Source: Mobula hypostoma
Lineage: Eukaryota
Length of the DNA: 64,000 nt
Direction: 5' to 3'
NCBI RefSeq assembly: GCF_963921235.1
Contig: NC_086097.1
Span: 87,050,001-87,114,000, forward strand
Both the position numbers and the translations under genes were made by a program. Numbering within the stretch: the stretch's first letter is position 1; each line of letters starts with the position of its first letter. A model generated the notes under the pieces. The model worked only from the letters and a program-made list of their open reading frames with translations. It had not been told where the DNA came from and searched no databases. This document shows, piece by piece, positions 25,833 through 38,160 of the stretch.

Positions 25833-27103
25833 TGTCTTGGTCCAATCTGTGAAGTCTGCATTCTGGTTCACGGTCCGGTCCATCGATCCTTGTTCTGGGT
25901 TTTCCTATTTTCTCCCTTGTTCTGTTGGGTGCTTTAATTGAGGCACCTGATTCTCATTTCGGTCTGACACATAAATACTTTTGCAAACCAGGGATTGTTG
26001 GCTGGACTGTTCCCTTCCCCTCCCCATCCGAATACCTGGCAGTTACTTTGGCAGTTTATCTCAACAGTTTCTTTGGCACTAACCTTCATCTGTAATCTTC
26101 GTCTGTTACCTTCGCCTGAAGCCTCGCCTGCAACCTTCGCCTACAGCCTTCGCCTGAAGCCTCTGCTTGCAACCTCGCCTGCATCCTCGCCTGTAACGCT
26201 GTCAGGATCAACCGCCAGAGCAAGATCGGGGGCCTTGCTGTGTCAAGATAAGGAACAGTCTGTTGTTGTTTGGAATTGTCTCTTTGTGTCCTCACCTTCG
26301 CTAGGTTGGTCCGGCCGTTTGCTGCTACCTTGAGTTGAGAACTGTCTCTGTGTCATCTCTTTGTGTCCTCACCTCTGCTGGGTAGGTCTGGCCGTTTGCC
26401 GCTATCCTGAATGGAAAACTGTCTCTTCGTGTTCAATGTTCTGTGTATAGAAAGAGCCCTGGCCCTTGGTCCTGTTCCCAAGGAGGGGGTCCTGGCTCTG
26501 TGTGCTGTGTACGAGTCCCGGCCCTATGTCCTGCTCCTAAGGAGGGGTCTCGCCTCGGTGTACCGTGTTTCCTGAGTTCCAAGTCCAAGAATCCGTGTTT
26601 CCTGAGTTCCAGGTCCAAGAATCCGTGTTTCCTGAGTTCCAGGTCCAAGGCTTCGAGGTTCCTGTCTCCCAAGATCAAGTCAAGGCTTTGTGTTCTCGCC
26701 CTGTCCATGTGCCTCGCCCAGCCCTGTGCTGGAGTTCCCTCGTCCTGTCCAGGAGTCCCACGTCCAGTCCTGTAGCCACGCCACAACCTGTAGCCACATA
26801 TTGTCCTAGCCTAAACCCGGATTCCAGTTCCGAGTCAAGACCCAGGTTCCGGGTCCTTGTCCAGGCACTAGTTCCGGAGTCCTGTGTCTCTAGTCCAGGC
26901 TCCTTGTTCCTAGTTCCTTGTGCGGGTTCTGTGTTTCTTGTCCATGTCCTAGCCAGGCCCTGCATCCTGGTCTTGTCCAGGGCCTGCGTCAATGTCGTTT
27001 CTTCCTGACTCACCTTGTTATCTCAATAATCCTAGCCCTGTTCCTAGAACTTCAGTGTCTGTGCCTTACATTTGGGTCCGCTACCAGTGCCCTCCTTGTA
27101 ACA
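25833..27103 (+). mobile_element. Solo LTR (Gypsy-type), 1271 bp
   Basis: TGT...ACA termini; 5-bp TSD TTCTT at 25828-25832 and 27104-27108. Removing it restores the host LINE. Confidence 0.8.
26563..26649. repeat. 30-bp tandem repeat, about 2.9 copies, inside the LTR
   Basis: Unit CCGTGTTTCCTGAGTTCCA(A/G)GTCCAAGAAT. Confidence 0.95.
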
Positions 27104-28988
27104 TTCTTTGGTCTTACTGATGTTGAGTGCAATGTTTTTTTTCTGCAACACCACTCAGCAAACTGATTTATCTTGCTCCTGTACACCTTCTTGTCACCAG
27201 TAAGGAAACTGAGGATCTATTTACAGATTTTGATCAGAACTGTAGGAATGATTGTGTTAAATACTGAGCTGTAGTCAGTGAACATAACATAAGTATTGGT
27301 ATTTTCCAGGTGATCAAGGCTGCGTGAAGAGCCAAGGCAATCACATGCGCTGTAGACCTATTGTGATGATAAGCAAATTGCAGTGCGTCCAGGGCCTTGC
27401 TCAGGCAGGAGTAGATTCTACCCATAACCAACCTCTCAAAGCACTTCACTACCATAGGTGTGTGTGTTACTGGACGATAGTCATTAAAGCAGATCAGCCT
27501 GCTAATCTTGGGCACTAATATGATTGAAGCAAGTGGGAACTTCAGACTATAGCAATGGGAGACTAAAAATGTCTGAACACCCCCAACAGTTGGTTGGCAC
27601 AGGTTTTCAAAGCCCTATCAGATACACCATCAGGGCCTGTCGCCTTGCGAGGGTTCACCCTCTTGAAAAACGAGCTGCTGTCAGTATCTGAGACATTAAT
27701 GCATCAATGGTGATTTATCCTTATTTTTATTTGGACAGTAATCTAGCAGGGAAGATTGCATGTATTTAGGAGAAGGTGTCTATTTTTCTTGTCTCTGGGT
27801 ATATTTCTGAGCTTAATTTCAAGACTATATTGAAAGAAACAGAAGAGCTAAAGAGTTGAAAACACATGTGATAACACAAGCACAACATTGTTTTCAGTTA
27901 TTGTGATCTTTAAGCCATATTACCAATGGGTGATTGGTGATAGAATGAAAGGTTACTGTAAGGTGGCTCATTCTAACAGACACTGCTGCTAAAGTGCCCT
28001 GAATTCTTTTCTTTACCAAGTAGTTTACATTTTTGGAGATTAGCTGCTATCTGCTTTTTTAAATTTGTTTTGGATGTTTTAGGAATGCAACTTCATCTCA
28101 TCATTTCAATCTGAATCTGATAGTTTATAACTTGGTGCCTGTTATGTTCCTGATACAGGAATAAGCTTGTAACCACAAATCTGTGCCGTTACCAAGACGA
28201 GTATTCGTATAGTGGAGAATGGCTTACCCACTATTATTGCTGTTTACTGTTAATTTGCATATTTTACAATATTAAAAGAAAGATGTAATTGAGATGTTTT
28301 ACAGGTGATGCGGGATAAATAGAGGGATAAATATTGGCCATTAAATACTGTAAGCACTTGCAATTATCCTCTGGGAGACCATATAGGGATTTTGTTTGAA
28401 ATTTCCAAGAGGCAGCACTTCTTTGAAAGAGTAGTTTCTTTTTTTTTTAATTTTATTTTTATTTGGATAAGGAATTCACAATTATCATGTACTTTTTTCA
28501 CACATATAACCTTTTCCATTTTTTATATGTATAAAACTACAATTATTTATACATTCTTAAGTACACATTGAGATGATATAAAAGGAAAATAAACATTTAA
28601 ATAGATAATTATGTACTGTGGTAAATCTAACCTATTAGGCTAAGTAATGAAATTAGTTGTTAAGAAAAATGGTAGTAATAGTTTCCATACAACCCTTCTG
28701 GACCATTTCCACTGGTCCAAAATGTTGCATACAAGCCTATATACCAACCATTGTAGGTGTTTATATCCCAATTTGTTCGTGCTTGTTCCTGCCCGCAGAC
28801 ATAATTATCCAATCCCTATGTACTTATTTACTTAATTTTTTCATTTTTTTTTATCCCTTTCCCAAATCTTTCCCTTTACTTGTGTTAATTCTCTATTTTC
28901 CAAAAAAAAACAAACATTTAGACTAGGGGTGCTTACGTTAGCAATATTACTGTGTTGATGAGAAGAGCAATATAAATCATTAGGAGAG

Positions 28989-31900
28989 TCATCTAAAGTC
29001 TGCTCGCATTGGGGTTATATATTCAATCCATTTATTCCAGATTTGATAAAATGTTTCTTTTTGAGTTCTCAGGGAGTAAGTCAACTTTTCCATTTTAAAT
29101 ATTTCCAAGATAATTTCGTACCAATCTTCTAATGTAGGTGATATTGGATTTAGCCATTTTCTAGTGATTGATTTCTTACTTGCCGCTAAGAGGGCCTGCA
29201 GCAACTTTATATCTTCCTTCTGTTCAAGGAACAATACATGCCCCAAATAGAGCGTCTCAAAGTTCAGAGGTATCTGGGACCTAAGTACCTTAACTAATGT
29301 TCTATGAATACCTTCCCAAAATAGACTTAATTTAGGGCAATCCCAGAAAATATGAAAATGATTTGCCTCCTTGGAGCCGCACCTTCTCCAACACATCACA
29401 TTTGTATCTTTATATTTTTCCTGATATGGGGTCTTGAAGTATCTTATAATGTTTTTCCAACAATGTTCTCTCCAAGTCAAAGAATTAGTCGAGGACCATT
29501 GAAAGCTACAGATTTTCCCCCAAGCCTCCTCTGAAAGTACCAACCCCGCTTCTTTCTCCCACTTCTCTTTAATATACAGTGTATTTACATTTTTAGCATG
29601 GGAGAGTGCATTATATAGGCGAGAAACTGATTTACTAGGTATTGAACTGCAAGCCGAATTCAGAATCTTGAAAAATTCTAATTCTACTGTTGATATATAG
29701 GTCTGTATATCTACAACTCTGGTTAACATAGTTTCATATTTGAAGGTACCTAAAAAAGTCATTATGTTCTAGGCCATGTTTGTCCTGCAGGATTTGGAAA
29801 CTTTGTAATACTCTTTTATCTATAAATGAGAGGTAGGTTGTAAGACCTTTCTTTATCCATAGCTCAAATCTTTTATCTCCTCTGTTGGGAAGGAATTCGG
29901 TATCATATGCACACCACCTAAAGAGTTTTAACATGTTATTAATTCCACATGAATTAACCACCTTCTGCCATACTTTTAATGTAAGATTTATCCAAGCATT
30001 ATTAAATTTTTCCAACTGGGCCATTAATCCTTTGTCAGCTATTGAGGCCTGAAGAGGAAAACTGTCAACTAATCCAAATTCTATTTCCTTCCATCTAGCC
30101 TTATATTCCCTATTACACCAATATAACAGAGAGGTTATCTGTGAGGCATAAAAATAATTTCTCAGGCAAGGAAGAACCATACCTCCTCCTTCCTTCCCTA
30201 ACTGTAAGGTGTTATATCAAATTCTAGGTTTCCTTCCTTGCCAAATGAAGCGGGAAATCCATTTGTCCCATTCCCTGAATTGATTATCATCCACCTCCAC
30301 TGGTAAAGTACGGAAAAGATATAATAACCGAGGAAGAATATTCATTTTTATAGTATTTATCCTTGAATTTAAACTTAAAAAGGGGATAAGATTCCATCTA
30401 TGCATATCTGCTTTTATCTCTGCGATTAATGGCCCATAATTTACCTGTGACAGTGTTGAAAGATCCTTCGGCAGGGTTATTCCTAAATATTTTAATGATT
30501 TAGCTTCCCACTTAAGATCGTATGTATCCTGCAATTTTTTGGATGGTGTATAATTTAGGGACATAACCTGCGTTTTCTTTACATTTATTTTATAACCTGA
30601 TATTTTCCCAAAGTCATCCAACAGTGTAAACAATCCTATAAATGATTTTTCTGGTTCACTCAGATAGACCAAAACATCATCTGCGAATAACGCCACTTTC
30701 TGTTCAATCCCTGCCACCTTGATACCTTTTACGATTTCGCTCTGTCTTATTAGTTGGGCAAGTGGTTCAATATATAGCGCAAAAAGGAGAGGAGAAATTG
30801 GGCATCCCTGTCTAGTGCCTCTCTCTAAAATGAAGGAGTCAGAGAGGTCCCCATTTATCTTAATTCGGGCTGTAGGGCTGTCATATAGAGTCTGAATTAC
30901 TTGAATAAACCTTTCTTGAAAGCCGAATCTTCCTAACGCTCTGTATAGGAATGCCCAACTAACCGAATCAAAAGCTTTCTCAGCGTCCAATCCTACTACC
31001 ATTGTCTCTGTCTCGTTCTTATTAACCTGTTCTCATATGTGCAGAGTTCTCCTTATGTTGTCCTGTGTTTGTCTTTGTTGAATAAATCCAGTCTGGTCTA
31101 AATGGATTAGGCCAGGTAAAAGCTTTTCCAATCTGCGCGCTAATATAGATGTAAATAGTTTGTAATCTAAATTAAGAACACCAATTGGCCGATAATTGCC
31201 ACATTCTAGTTTATCTTTACCCTCTTTAGGAATAACTGAAATAATCGCTTCTCTCCAGGAAGGTGGAGTTTCTCCTCTCTGCAAGATCCAATTAAAGGTG
31301 TTAAGTAATGGGGCTAACTGTGTCTTCAGGGACTTGTACCACTCTGAGGTAAACCCATCAGAACCCGGGGACTTTCCAGCCTTTAACCTAGAGATGGCCA
31401 CGTTCAGTTCTTTGACAGTTACTGGTTCTAATAAACTTTCATTTTGTAAATCTGTAAGTTTAGGTATATCTAAAAAATTCAATACACTGTCTATATAGGG
31501 CTCATTGGGGGCCTGGGGTTGGGAGTACAGCTCTCGATAATATGTTTCAAAACTCTCTTGAATTTTCCCTATTGTACTCTCCACAAGCTTTGTCTTTGGA
31601 TTCTTTATTTTATGAATTGTATTGTCTGCTTGTTGTTTTCGTAATTTATATGCTAATAATCTAGCTGATTTACCTCCTACTTCATAATTCTTTTGTCTCA
31701 GGTAAAGAAAATTTCTTTGAGTTTCCAACGTATAAATATCATCAATTTCACTTTGCAATTTCCTAATTTCCTGTTTTCGATTTGAATTACTTTTGTTGCT
31801 ATCTACAACTTGAAGTTGTTTTAATTTTCCTTGAAGGTCTGCTAATTTTTGTGCATTGATTTTTTTCATGTGAGTAGTAATGGAAATAATTTTCCCTCTC

Positions 31901-32778
31901 AGTACAGCTTTCAATGTATCCCATAAAATCACTGGTGATGTTTCTCCCGTGTCATTAAGGTCTAGATATTCTTTGATTTCTCCCCTTAATCTCTCCATTA
32001 CTTTCGGGTTATTGAGTATATGTGAGTTTAGCCTCCATAGTGTTTTCCTCATTTTCCTTTCCAGGATTAGAGACATAGAGACTGGGCTATGATCCGACAG
32101 ATCAATTGTTGCAATATTACAGTTTTTTATCCTGAGTCTATCTGTATTAAAGATAAAGAAATAGTCTATCCTTGAATAGGCTGAATGAGGGAAAGAGTAA
32201 TATGTATAATCTTTACTAGTAGGGTGTAATTCCCTCCAAGCATCTATAATTCCCAACTCCTCCATCAATGAATTCACTTTCCGAGTCAAAGGTTTATTCT
32301 GAGTAACTATTCTTGAAGAATCTAATATAGGATTTAATCTAATATTAAAAACCCCTCCACAAATTACTACCCCTCGAGAACTGACCATTAGGTCAAAAAT
32401 GTGTCTATAAAATGACCATTCACTACCTGGAGGAGCATAAACATTCAGCAATGTTATTTCTGTACCTTCTATTCTTCCTGTGATTTTTACAAACCGTCCT
32501 TCTTTGTCTCTAGTCTCTGAAATATGTTCATAATTAAGAGTACTTGATATTAAAGTAGCTACCCCTCTTTTGTGACTCAATTTATATGATGAATAAAATA
32601 CATGCTTAAAGCCCATTCTTTTTAATTTTCCATGTTCAGATTGGCTCATATGTGTTTCCTGGAGGAAAGCTATTTGTGCCCTCTCTTTTTTCAATTTAGA
32701 CATAATCTTATTTCTTTTAATTGGATTCAAAACCCCATTAACATTATAGGAAATTATTTTTACCAATTCAGTTTGCAT
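28989..32778 (-). pseudogene. L1 ORF2 (APE endonuclease, RT, CCHC), disrupted
   Basis: Motifs SYNVNG, FLQETH, SRIDYF, SDHSP, LDAEKAFD, GTRQGCPISP, LFADD and CWRRC..HFHIFWDC. In-frame TGA stops at about 31033, 30217 and 29734, and a frameshift near 29695. Confidence 0.93.
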
Positions 32779-33140
32779 TTTTCTCTAGTAGAAAAAAAGC
32801 ACTCTCCTTTTCTAACCAAACAGTAAGCAATCCCTTCTCAACAGTAAACCAAGACATATAACCACACCCTAGACATTTCTGAACGTATAACATTTGAAAA
32901 TTTTTCCCGACTTCCCACAGTGAGGCCTGAGCACCGACCCGCCTCAGTTCAGAGGGATAACCTCTATCTTCACCCTGTGTTAGAGGGCCCTCAGCAGTTT
33001 GAATAATCATAGAGAATTTTCTCCTACTTATGTCTCGACCATATTGCTATCATTCAAGTTATTCCGCCTAGTTTATTTTCAGTTACCAGTTTTCATTTTA
33101 CTTTTAAGTCCGATTTACTCTTTTCAGTCATTTCTCTTAA

Positions 33141-34127
33141 TTAATCTGTATTCTCTGTACATTCACGTCTGAATATTTGCAGCTTTTCCTTGTAGTTTGA
33201 CACTCTGGTTCGAGTGGAGCGTCCTCGCCCCACTAACTGCCACGACTTCTGCCGAATCCCCTCCAGTAGCGACTCCGATTGGGTGATAACTTTAATAGGT
33301 AGTCCCCGGTCCGCCAGGTCCAACGTTGCCTTCTCCACCGTAGCGTAAGTTTTTGTCCCTTCGTCGTAAAAGACTCTCAGCCGAGCTGGATACAGGGTCT
33401 GGAATCTGATGTTGTTTTCCTTCAGGACTCTCTGTGTTTCCGTATATTCCTTCCGTCTGGCAAGAATCCCCAGTGCGTAGTCGTGGTCTAAACTGATTTT
33501 GCAGTTGTTCCACATGAAACCTTTCTTTTGCCATGCTCTTTTAAGCACCTCTTCCTTCGTTCTGTAACTGAGAAATCTGATCAGAATCGATCTGGGCTGG
33601 GCGCCTGCCGGAGGCTGTGGTGCCAACGCGCGGTGAGCCCTTTCTATCTGTAGGTCTTTTGCGGCCGGTATATCAAGGTTCTCTCTAAGCAGCTTCTCCA
33701 CGAAGGGAATCATCAATCTGGGTTTACCTTCGGTTCCTTCGGGAACTCCGTAGATCCTCACATTTTCCTTTCTCGAGCGGCCTTCTTGATCTATTAGTTT
33801 CCACTGGAGCTGGTCTTGTAGCTTCAGCATTTCTGCTATCACTTCCTCGGCGTTTTGTAGCTTCTCTTCAATTCCAACAATCCTCGCTTCGGCTTCATCT
33901 ATCCGCGAGTTAGTTTTTACTATTTCTCCTTTAATATCTTCCAGCTGTTTGCTGTTATCTTGTCGGAACTCACGAATCTCTCCAAGAATCAAAGACAGAG
34001 TCACCGATTCCCCCTCATTATCTCCGTCCTGGCTTGCCGTGGGGGAGCTAGGCCCATCGCCTTGCTGCATCTCTTTATGTTTATCAGCTTTCGAAGCGGA
34101 CTTTTTATTCTTGTTCTTAGACATCAT
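33141..34127 (-). CDS. L1 ORF1p-like RNA-binding protein (328 aa, open)
   Basis: Coiled-coil region, then EGRSRKENVRIYGVPEG, IERAHRAL, PRSILIRF and LYPARLRV. Confidence 0.9.
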   Translation of the reverse strand: MMSKNKNKKSASKADKHKEMQQGDGPSSPTASQDGDNEGESVTLSLILGEIREFRQDNSKQLEDIKGEIVKTNSRIDEAEARIVGIEEKLQNAEEVIAEMLKLQDQLQWKLIDQEGRSRKENVRIYGVPEGTEGKPRLMIPFVEKLLRENLDIPAAKDLQIERAHRALAPQPPAGAQPRSILIRFLSYRTKEEVLKRAWQKKGFMWNNCKISLDHDYALGILARRKEYTETQRVLKENNIRFQTLYPARLRVFYDEGTKTYATVEKATLDLADRGLPIKVITQSESLLEGIRQKSWQLVGRGRSTRTRVSNYKEKLQIFRRECTENTD

Positions 34128-34276
34128 CCTTGCCCCTTTTATTAATATAGTTATGCAATATTAAGTATTTGTCTAAATTCAATTTTGGGGCAGTTTACCT
34201 TCTTTTTTGTCGAGAGACCTTTTCCTTACGCCGCCATTCCCTTGATGACCCGGAAGTCCATCGAAAGTGTAGTTTC

Positions 34277-34390
34277 ACAATGAATATTGCACTGAAGCAT
34301 CAGCCTAGATGTTACGCTGAAGTCTCTCAAATAAGACTTGCACCCAACCGGTTCTCACTACAGAAGCAAGAGTGTTACTACCAAGCCTAG
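34277..34390 (-). mobile_element. Head half of an old Deu-domain-type SINE (other half about 28300-28424)
   Basis: TGCACTGAAGCATCAGCCTAGAT..GACTTGCACCCA..AGAAGCAAGAGTGTTAC; GGGATAAATATTGGCCA on the far side of the L1. Family recognised from memory. Confidence 0.55.
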
Positions 34391-34918
34391 TAAACTGATC
34401 CAACAGAATCCATGGAAATTACTTAATCCTTCACAGCATTGAGGTATGAGGTGATTATGCATGAACAGTAAGTGTGCATGGCAATGTCTTTGAGACTATA
34501 GTTCTATTCGTATCAATCATTATTTAGACCTCCTAAGCTTCTCCTGGTAAGTTATATGCTATCATTAATGTTGAAGTTGACCCTTTCTCATTCTCCTGCG
34601 GGTGGAGAAAGAAATGACGCGTACTTTCTGTACGTCTTCAGAGCCTGAGGAAATGTGTATTCAAAATTGAAAGGCAGCTACTGTTGTAATGTTGGCAAAT
34701 CCAGCAGACAATTTTCTCACATCACACTGTCATAAACACCAGTGTAATAATGGCCCATTCACAAGGTGAAGTTCTTTGTTAGTCATCAGCTCTAATCACT
34801 GTTTGTACTTGCCTTCACATACTCTGTGCTGATGGTGTCAAAATGAGCAAGACCGGTTGCCAATAGTGTTGTACAGTTTAGCACTAGTGGTGAAAGGCAA
34901 TGTTCTCAGTCGGCTGGG

Positions 34919-35212
34919 GTGATATACTGCATCCGGTGCTCCCGATGTGGCCTTCTATATATTGGCGAGACCCGGCGCAGACTGGGAGACCGCTTTGCTG
35001 AACACCTACGCTTTGTCCGCCAGAGAAAGCAGGATCTCCCAGTGGTCACACATTTTAATTCCACATCCCATTCCCATTCTGACATGTCTATCCACGGCCT
35101 CCTCTACTGTAAAGATGAAGCCACATTCAGGTTGGAGGAACAACACCTTATATTCCATCTGGGTAGCCTCCAACCTGATGGCATGAACATTAACTTCTCT
35201 AACTTCCGCTAA
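34919..35212 (+). pseudogene. PLE GIY-YIG endonuclease domain (C-terminus of the PLE ORF, no genuine start)
   Basis: VIYCIRCSRCGLLYIGETRRRLGDRFAEHL..HF..EEQHLIFHLGSLQPDGMN. Confidence 0.9.
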
Positions 35213-35505
35213 TGCCCCACCTCCCCCTCGTACCCCATCCGTTATTTATTTCTATACACACATTCTTTCTCTCACTCTCCTTTTTCTCCCTCTGTCCCTC
35301 TGACTATACCTCTTGCTCATCCTCTGGGTTCCCCCCCCCCTTGTCTTTCTCCCCGGACCTCCTGTCCCATGATCCTCTCATATCTCCTTTGCCAATCACC
35401 TGTCCAGCTCTTGGCTCCATCCCTCCCCCTCCTGTCTTCTCCTATCATTTTGGATCTCCCCCTCCCCCTCCCACTTTCAAATCTCTTTCTAACTCTTCCT
35501 TCAGT

Positions 35506-35543
35506 TAGTCCTGAGGAAGGGTCTCGGCCTGAAACGTCGACTG
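35506..35543 (+). ncRNA. Minimal type I hammerhead ribozyme motif
   Basis: tagtc-CTGAGGA-agggtctcggcct-GAAAC-GTC^gactg. Confidence 0.72.
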
Positions 35544-35997
35544 TACCTCTTCCTAGAGATGCTGCCTGGTCTGCTGCATTCACCAGTAGCTTTGATGTGT
35601 GTTGCTTGAATTTCCAGCATCTGCAGAATTTCTGTTGTTCTCTATCAAATCTGCTTTGGTGTCATTGGTTGGTGAGTGGATAATTAGAGGTCAATCTCAG
35701 TAATCCCTTAGTGCTGAGAACAGCCTCTCTAGGAAATCGCGATCTGGATTTGGAGCACAGCTATTGACATATTTAGCATATTTAGAAGTGAGAAAGATGC
35801 TTATTATTAGGCAGGGAATTGGGTGCCAGTGGCCACATAAAAGGTCCTGGTGAGGCTAATTATTCACAAACAATCCTAGCAAGATTAATGTCCAAGGAAA
35901 TGGCAGACAATCTGAATGCTGGACATTGACACAGGCTCTGGACAAGACTAGGATGCTGGGCCTGGGCTAGGACATGGACAAGAAACATGGAACCCGG

Positions 35998-36805
35998 ACA
36001 AGTAAGATTGAAAGAGCGCACAGGAGATTTACTAGGATGTTGCCGGGTCTTCAGGAATTGAGTTACAGGGAAAGATTGAACAGGTTAGGACTCTATTCCT
36101 TGGAGCGTAGAAGAATGAGGGGAGATTTGATAGAGGTTTACAAAATTATGAGGGGTATAGACAGAGTAAGTGTGAATAGGCTCTTTCCACTTAGATTAGG
36201 AGAGATAAATAAGGGAGGACATGGCTTTAGAAACATAGAAACATAGAAACATAGAAAATAGGTGCAGGAGTAGGCCATTTGGCCCTTCGAGCCTGCACCG
36301 CCATTTATTATGATCATGGCTGATCCTCCAACTCAGAACCCCGCCCCAGCCTTCCCCCCATACCCCCTGACCCCCATAGCCACAAGGGCCATATCTAACT
36401 CCCTCTTAAATATAGCCAATGAACTGGCCTCAACTGTTTCCTGTGGCAGAGAATTCCACAGATTCACCACTCTTTGTGTGAAGAAGTTTTTCCTAATCTC
36501 GGTCCTAAAAGGCTTCCCCTCTATCCTCAAACTGTGGCCCCTCGTTTAGGGTGAAAGGGGAAAGGTTTAGGGGGAACTTCTTCACTCAGTGGTAGGATTG
36601 TGGAACGAGCTGTCATCTGACATGGTAAATGCGGGCTCACTCCTAAGTTTTAAGAATAAGCTGGACAGGTACATGGATAGGAGAGGTCTGGAGGGTTATG
36701 GACTGGATGCAGGTCGATGGGACTAGCGGAATAATGTTTTGCCACAGACTAGAAGGGCCAAATGGCCTGTTTCCTGTGCTGTAGTGTTCTTTGGTTCTAT
36801 GGTTC
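35998..36805 (+). mobile_element. CR1 3' part interrupted by an antisense CR1 3' end
   Basis: RRFTRMLPGL..RRMRGDLIEVYKIM; the host element resumes at 36545. Confidence 0.85.
36231..36544 (-). mobile_element. CR1 3' end with an (ATGTTTCT)n tail
   Basis: RKNFFTQRVVNLWNSLP on the minus strand; TTTAG duplicated at 36226-36230 and 36545-36549. Confidence 0.85.
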
Positions 36806-37182
36806 TTCTGCTGCTGTAGCCCATCCATATCAAGGTTCGATGTGTTGTGCTTTCAGAGATGCTCTTCTGAACACCACTGTTGCAACGTGTGGTTGTCTGA
36901 GTTACTGTCAGCTTGTTCCTGTCTGTTCATTCTCCTCTGACCTCTCTCAGTAACAAGCCATTTTCATCTGCAGAACTGCCACACACAGAATTTTTTTGTT
37001 TGCTTTTTGCACCATTCTCTGTAAACTTTAAGGAATGTTGTGTTTGGCCTAAACAACAACTGAACCTCCTGACTATCTGCATGCGTTTAAGCACTGAGTT
37101 GCTGTCATATGACTGACTGATTAGATATTTGCATTAACAAGCAGGTGTATAAAAGTACCTAATAAAGTGCCCATTGCGTGTA
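36806..37182. mobile_element. Tc1/mariner-like non-autonomous element end
   Basis: ACCTAATAAAGTGCCCATTGCGTG followed by TA; shares its subterminal sequence with 640-776. Confidence 0.6.
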
Positions 37183-37979
37183 TGTAGGTAATAGTTTAGT
37201 TAGCCAACATGGAGCAGTAAAGTTGGTGTTAGATCAATGAGAACTAATAGTCCAGTAATAAAGTTCTTAATGTCTGTAGAATTATAGTTGTTAAGTGTTC
37301 AACTGCATGAAAACAAAATCAGTTTCAAGCCCATATTTTTCTAAGCAGTAAAGTGGTCAGAGTCAGTCAGCCTTGTAACCAAGAACAAGTTCAATTACAG
37401 TATCAAAATTGCAACTCCTGTCTGTGAATTGTGCGCAGAGCAGTATCTAATTGTTTCATTAAACTGTCAGTAGTACTCAATCACTTGCTTTTGATGTGGT
37501 GAAATTCATTTCTAGGCAAACAAAAAAATTGTAGAAGTTGAACAATATTTCTGCAGGATTATTTATAGAAATATGCATGAGAAAAAAAGATGCTTGAAGA
37601 TAGGATCTCACAAATTGTTGATTTAAGATTAAACCTTTGTTACATTACCAACCTGAATTCAGGGTGATTGCTTTAAAGTGGATGTTTCTTTATTTCCTAA
37701 TGCATGACATAACATTTAACATGAGAGCTAAAGGAACTGCACTCTTTTTGAGGGTAGAAATATGAGGGGCAGTTTGGAATTAGTAAACTGAAAGTACTAT
37801 TACGCTTCATTCAAATTTTGCAGTGTGCTCTTTGGGGTCTATCTATCTTGCGCCTTTGAGTTAATCCCTCGCAAATGCAGCCTTTGCTGTTCTGAGAGTG
37901 TCTCCTCCCAATCCACTTTGGCCAGCTCCAACACCTCTCTCTAATGCCTCTGTAATTCCCGTTATCCGCTGTAATACTG

Positions 37980-38160
37980 CTGATATGGATGCCAAGGAAC
38001 TCAAAACTGTCCACCATCTCTACAGCAGCCCTGTTGATTAGGACAGGGTTGTTTTTGCTCCTCTGCTTCCTTATATCAACAGCTAGTTCTTTCATCTTGC
38101 TGATGTTAATGTTAGGTTGTGTTCTGACACTGTGACAGGCTTCCCTTTATTGCTGACTAG
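37980..38160 (-). mobile_element. Rex1/Babar-type LINE fragment
   Basis: KELAVDIRK..AVEMVDSFEFLGIHIS. Confidence 0.65.

Larger units (their letters stand above)
25197..27690 (-). mobile_element. Rex1/Babar-type LINE split by a solo LTR
   Basis: (GATTCT)n tail at about 25197-25212; RT fragment NDYRPV..VVKCFERLV..LQFAYHHNRST at 27234-27515. Confidence 0.8.
28439..34262 (-). mobile_element. Full-length L1-clade LINE (inactivated)
   Basis: 5' GGACTTCCGG..ATGGCGGC, ORF1, ORF2 and poly(A) at 28439-28448; TSD GAAAG(A/T)GTAGTTTC at 28425-28438 and 34263-34276. Confidence 0.95.
34908..35640 (+). mobile_element. 5'-truncated Penelope-like element (GIY-YIG plus terminal repeat)
   Basis: Intact GIY-YIG coding region followed by the terminal repeat containing the hammerhead. 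Confidence 0.92.

Noticed and set aside
26563..26649. 30-bp direct repeats resembling a CRISPR array
   Set aside because: The units are contiguous with no unique spacers, lie inside an LTR, and there are no cas genes in this eukaryotic context.
26433..27013. Several overlapping 110-147 aa ORFs
   Set aside because: They arise from low-complexity tandem repeats in a solo LTR and show no protein motifs.
28989..34127. Prokaryotic RT system (retron, DGR or group II intron)
   Set aside because: The APE endonuclease, L1 ORF1, poly(A) and TSD identify a eukaryotic non-LTR retrotransposon.
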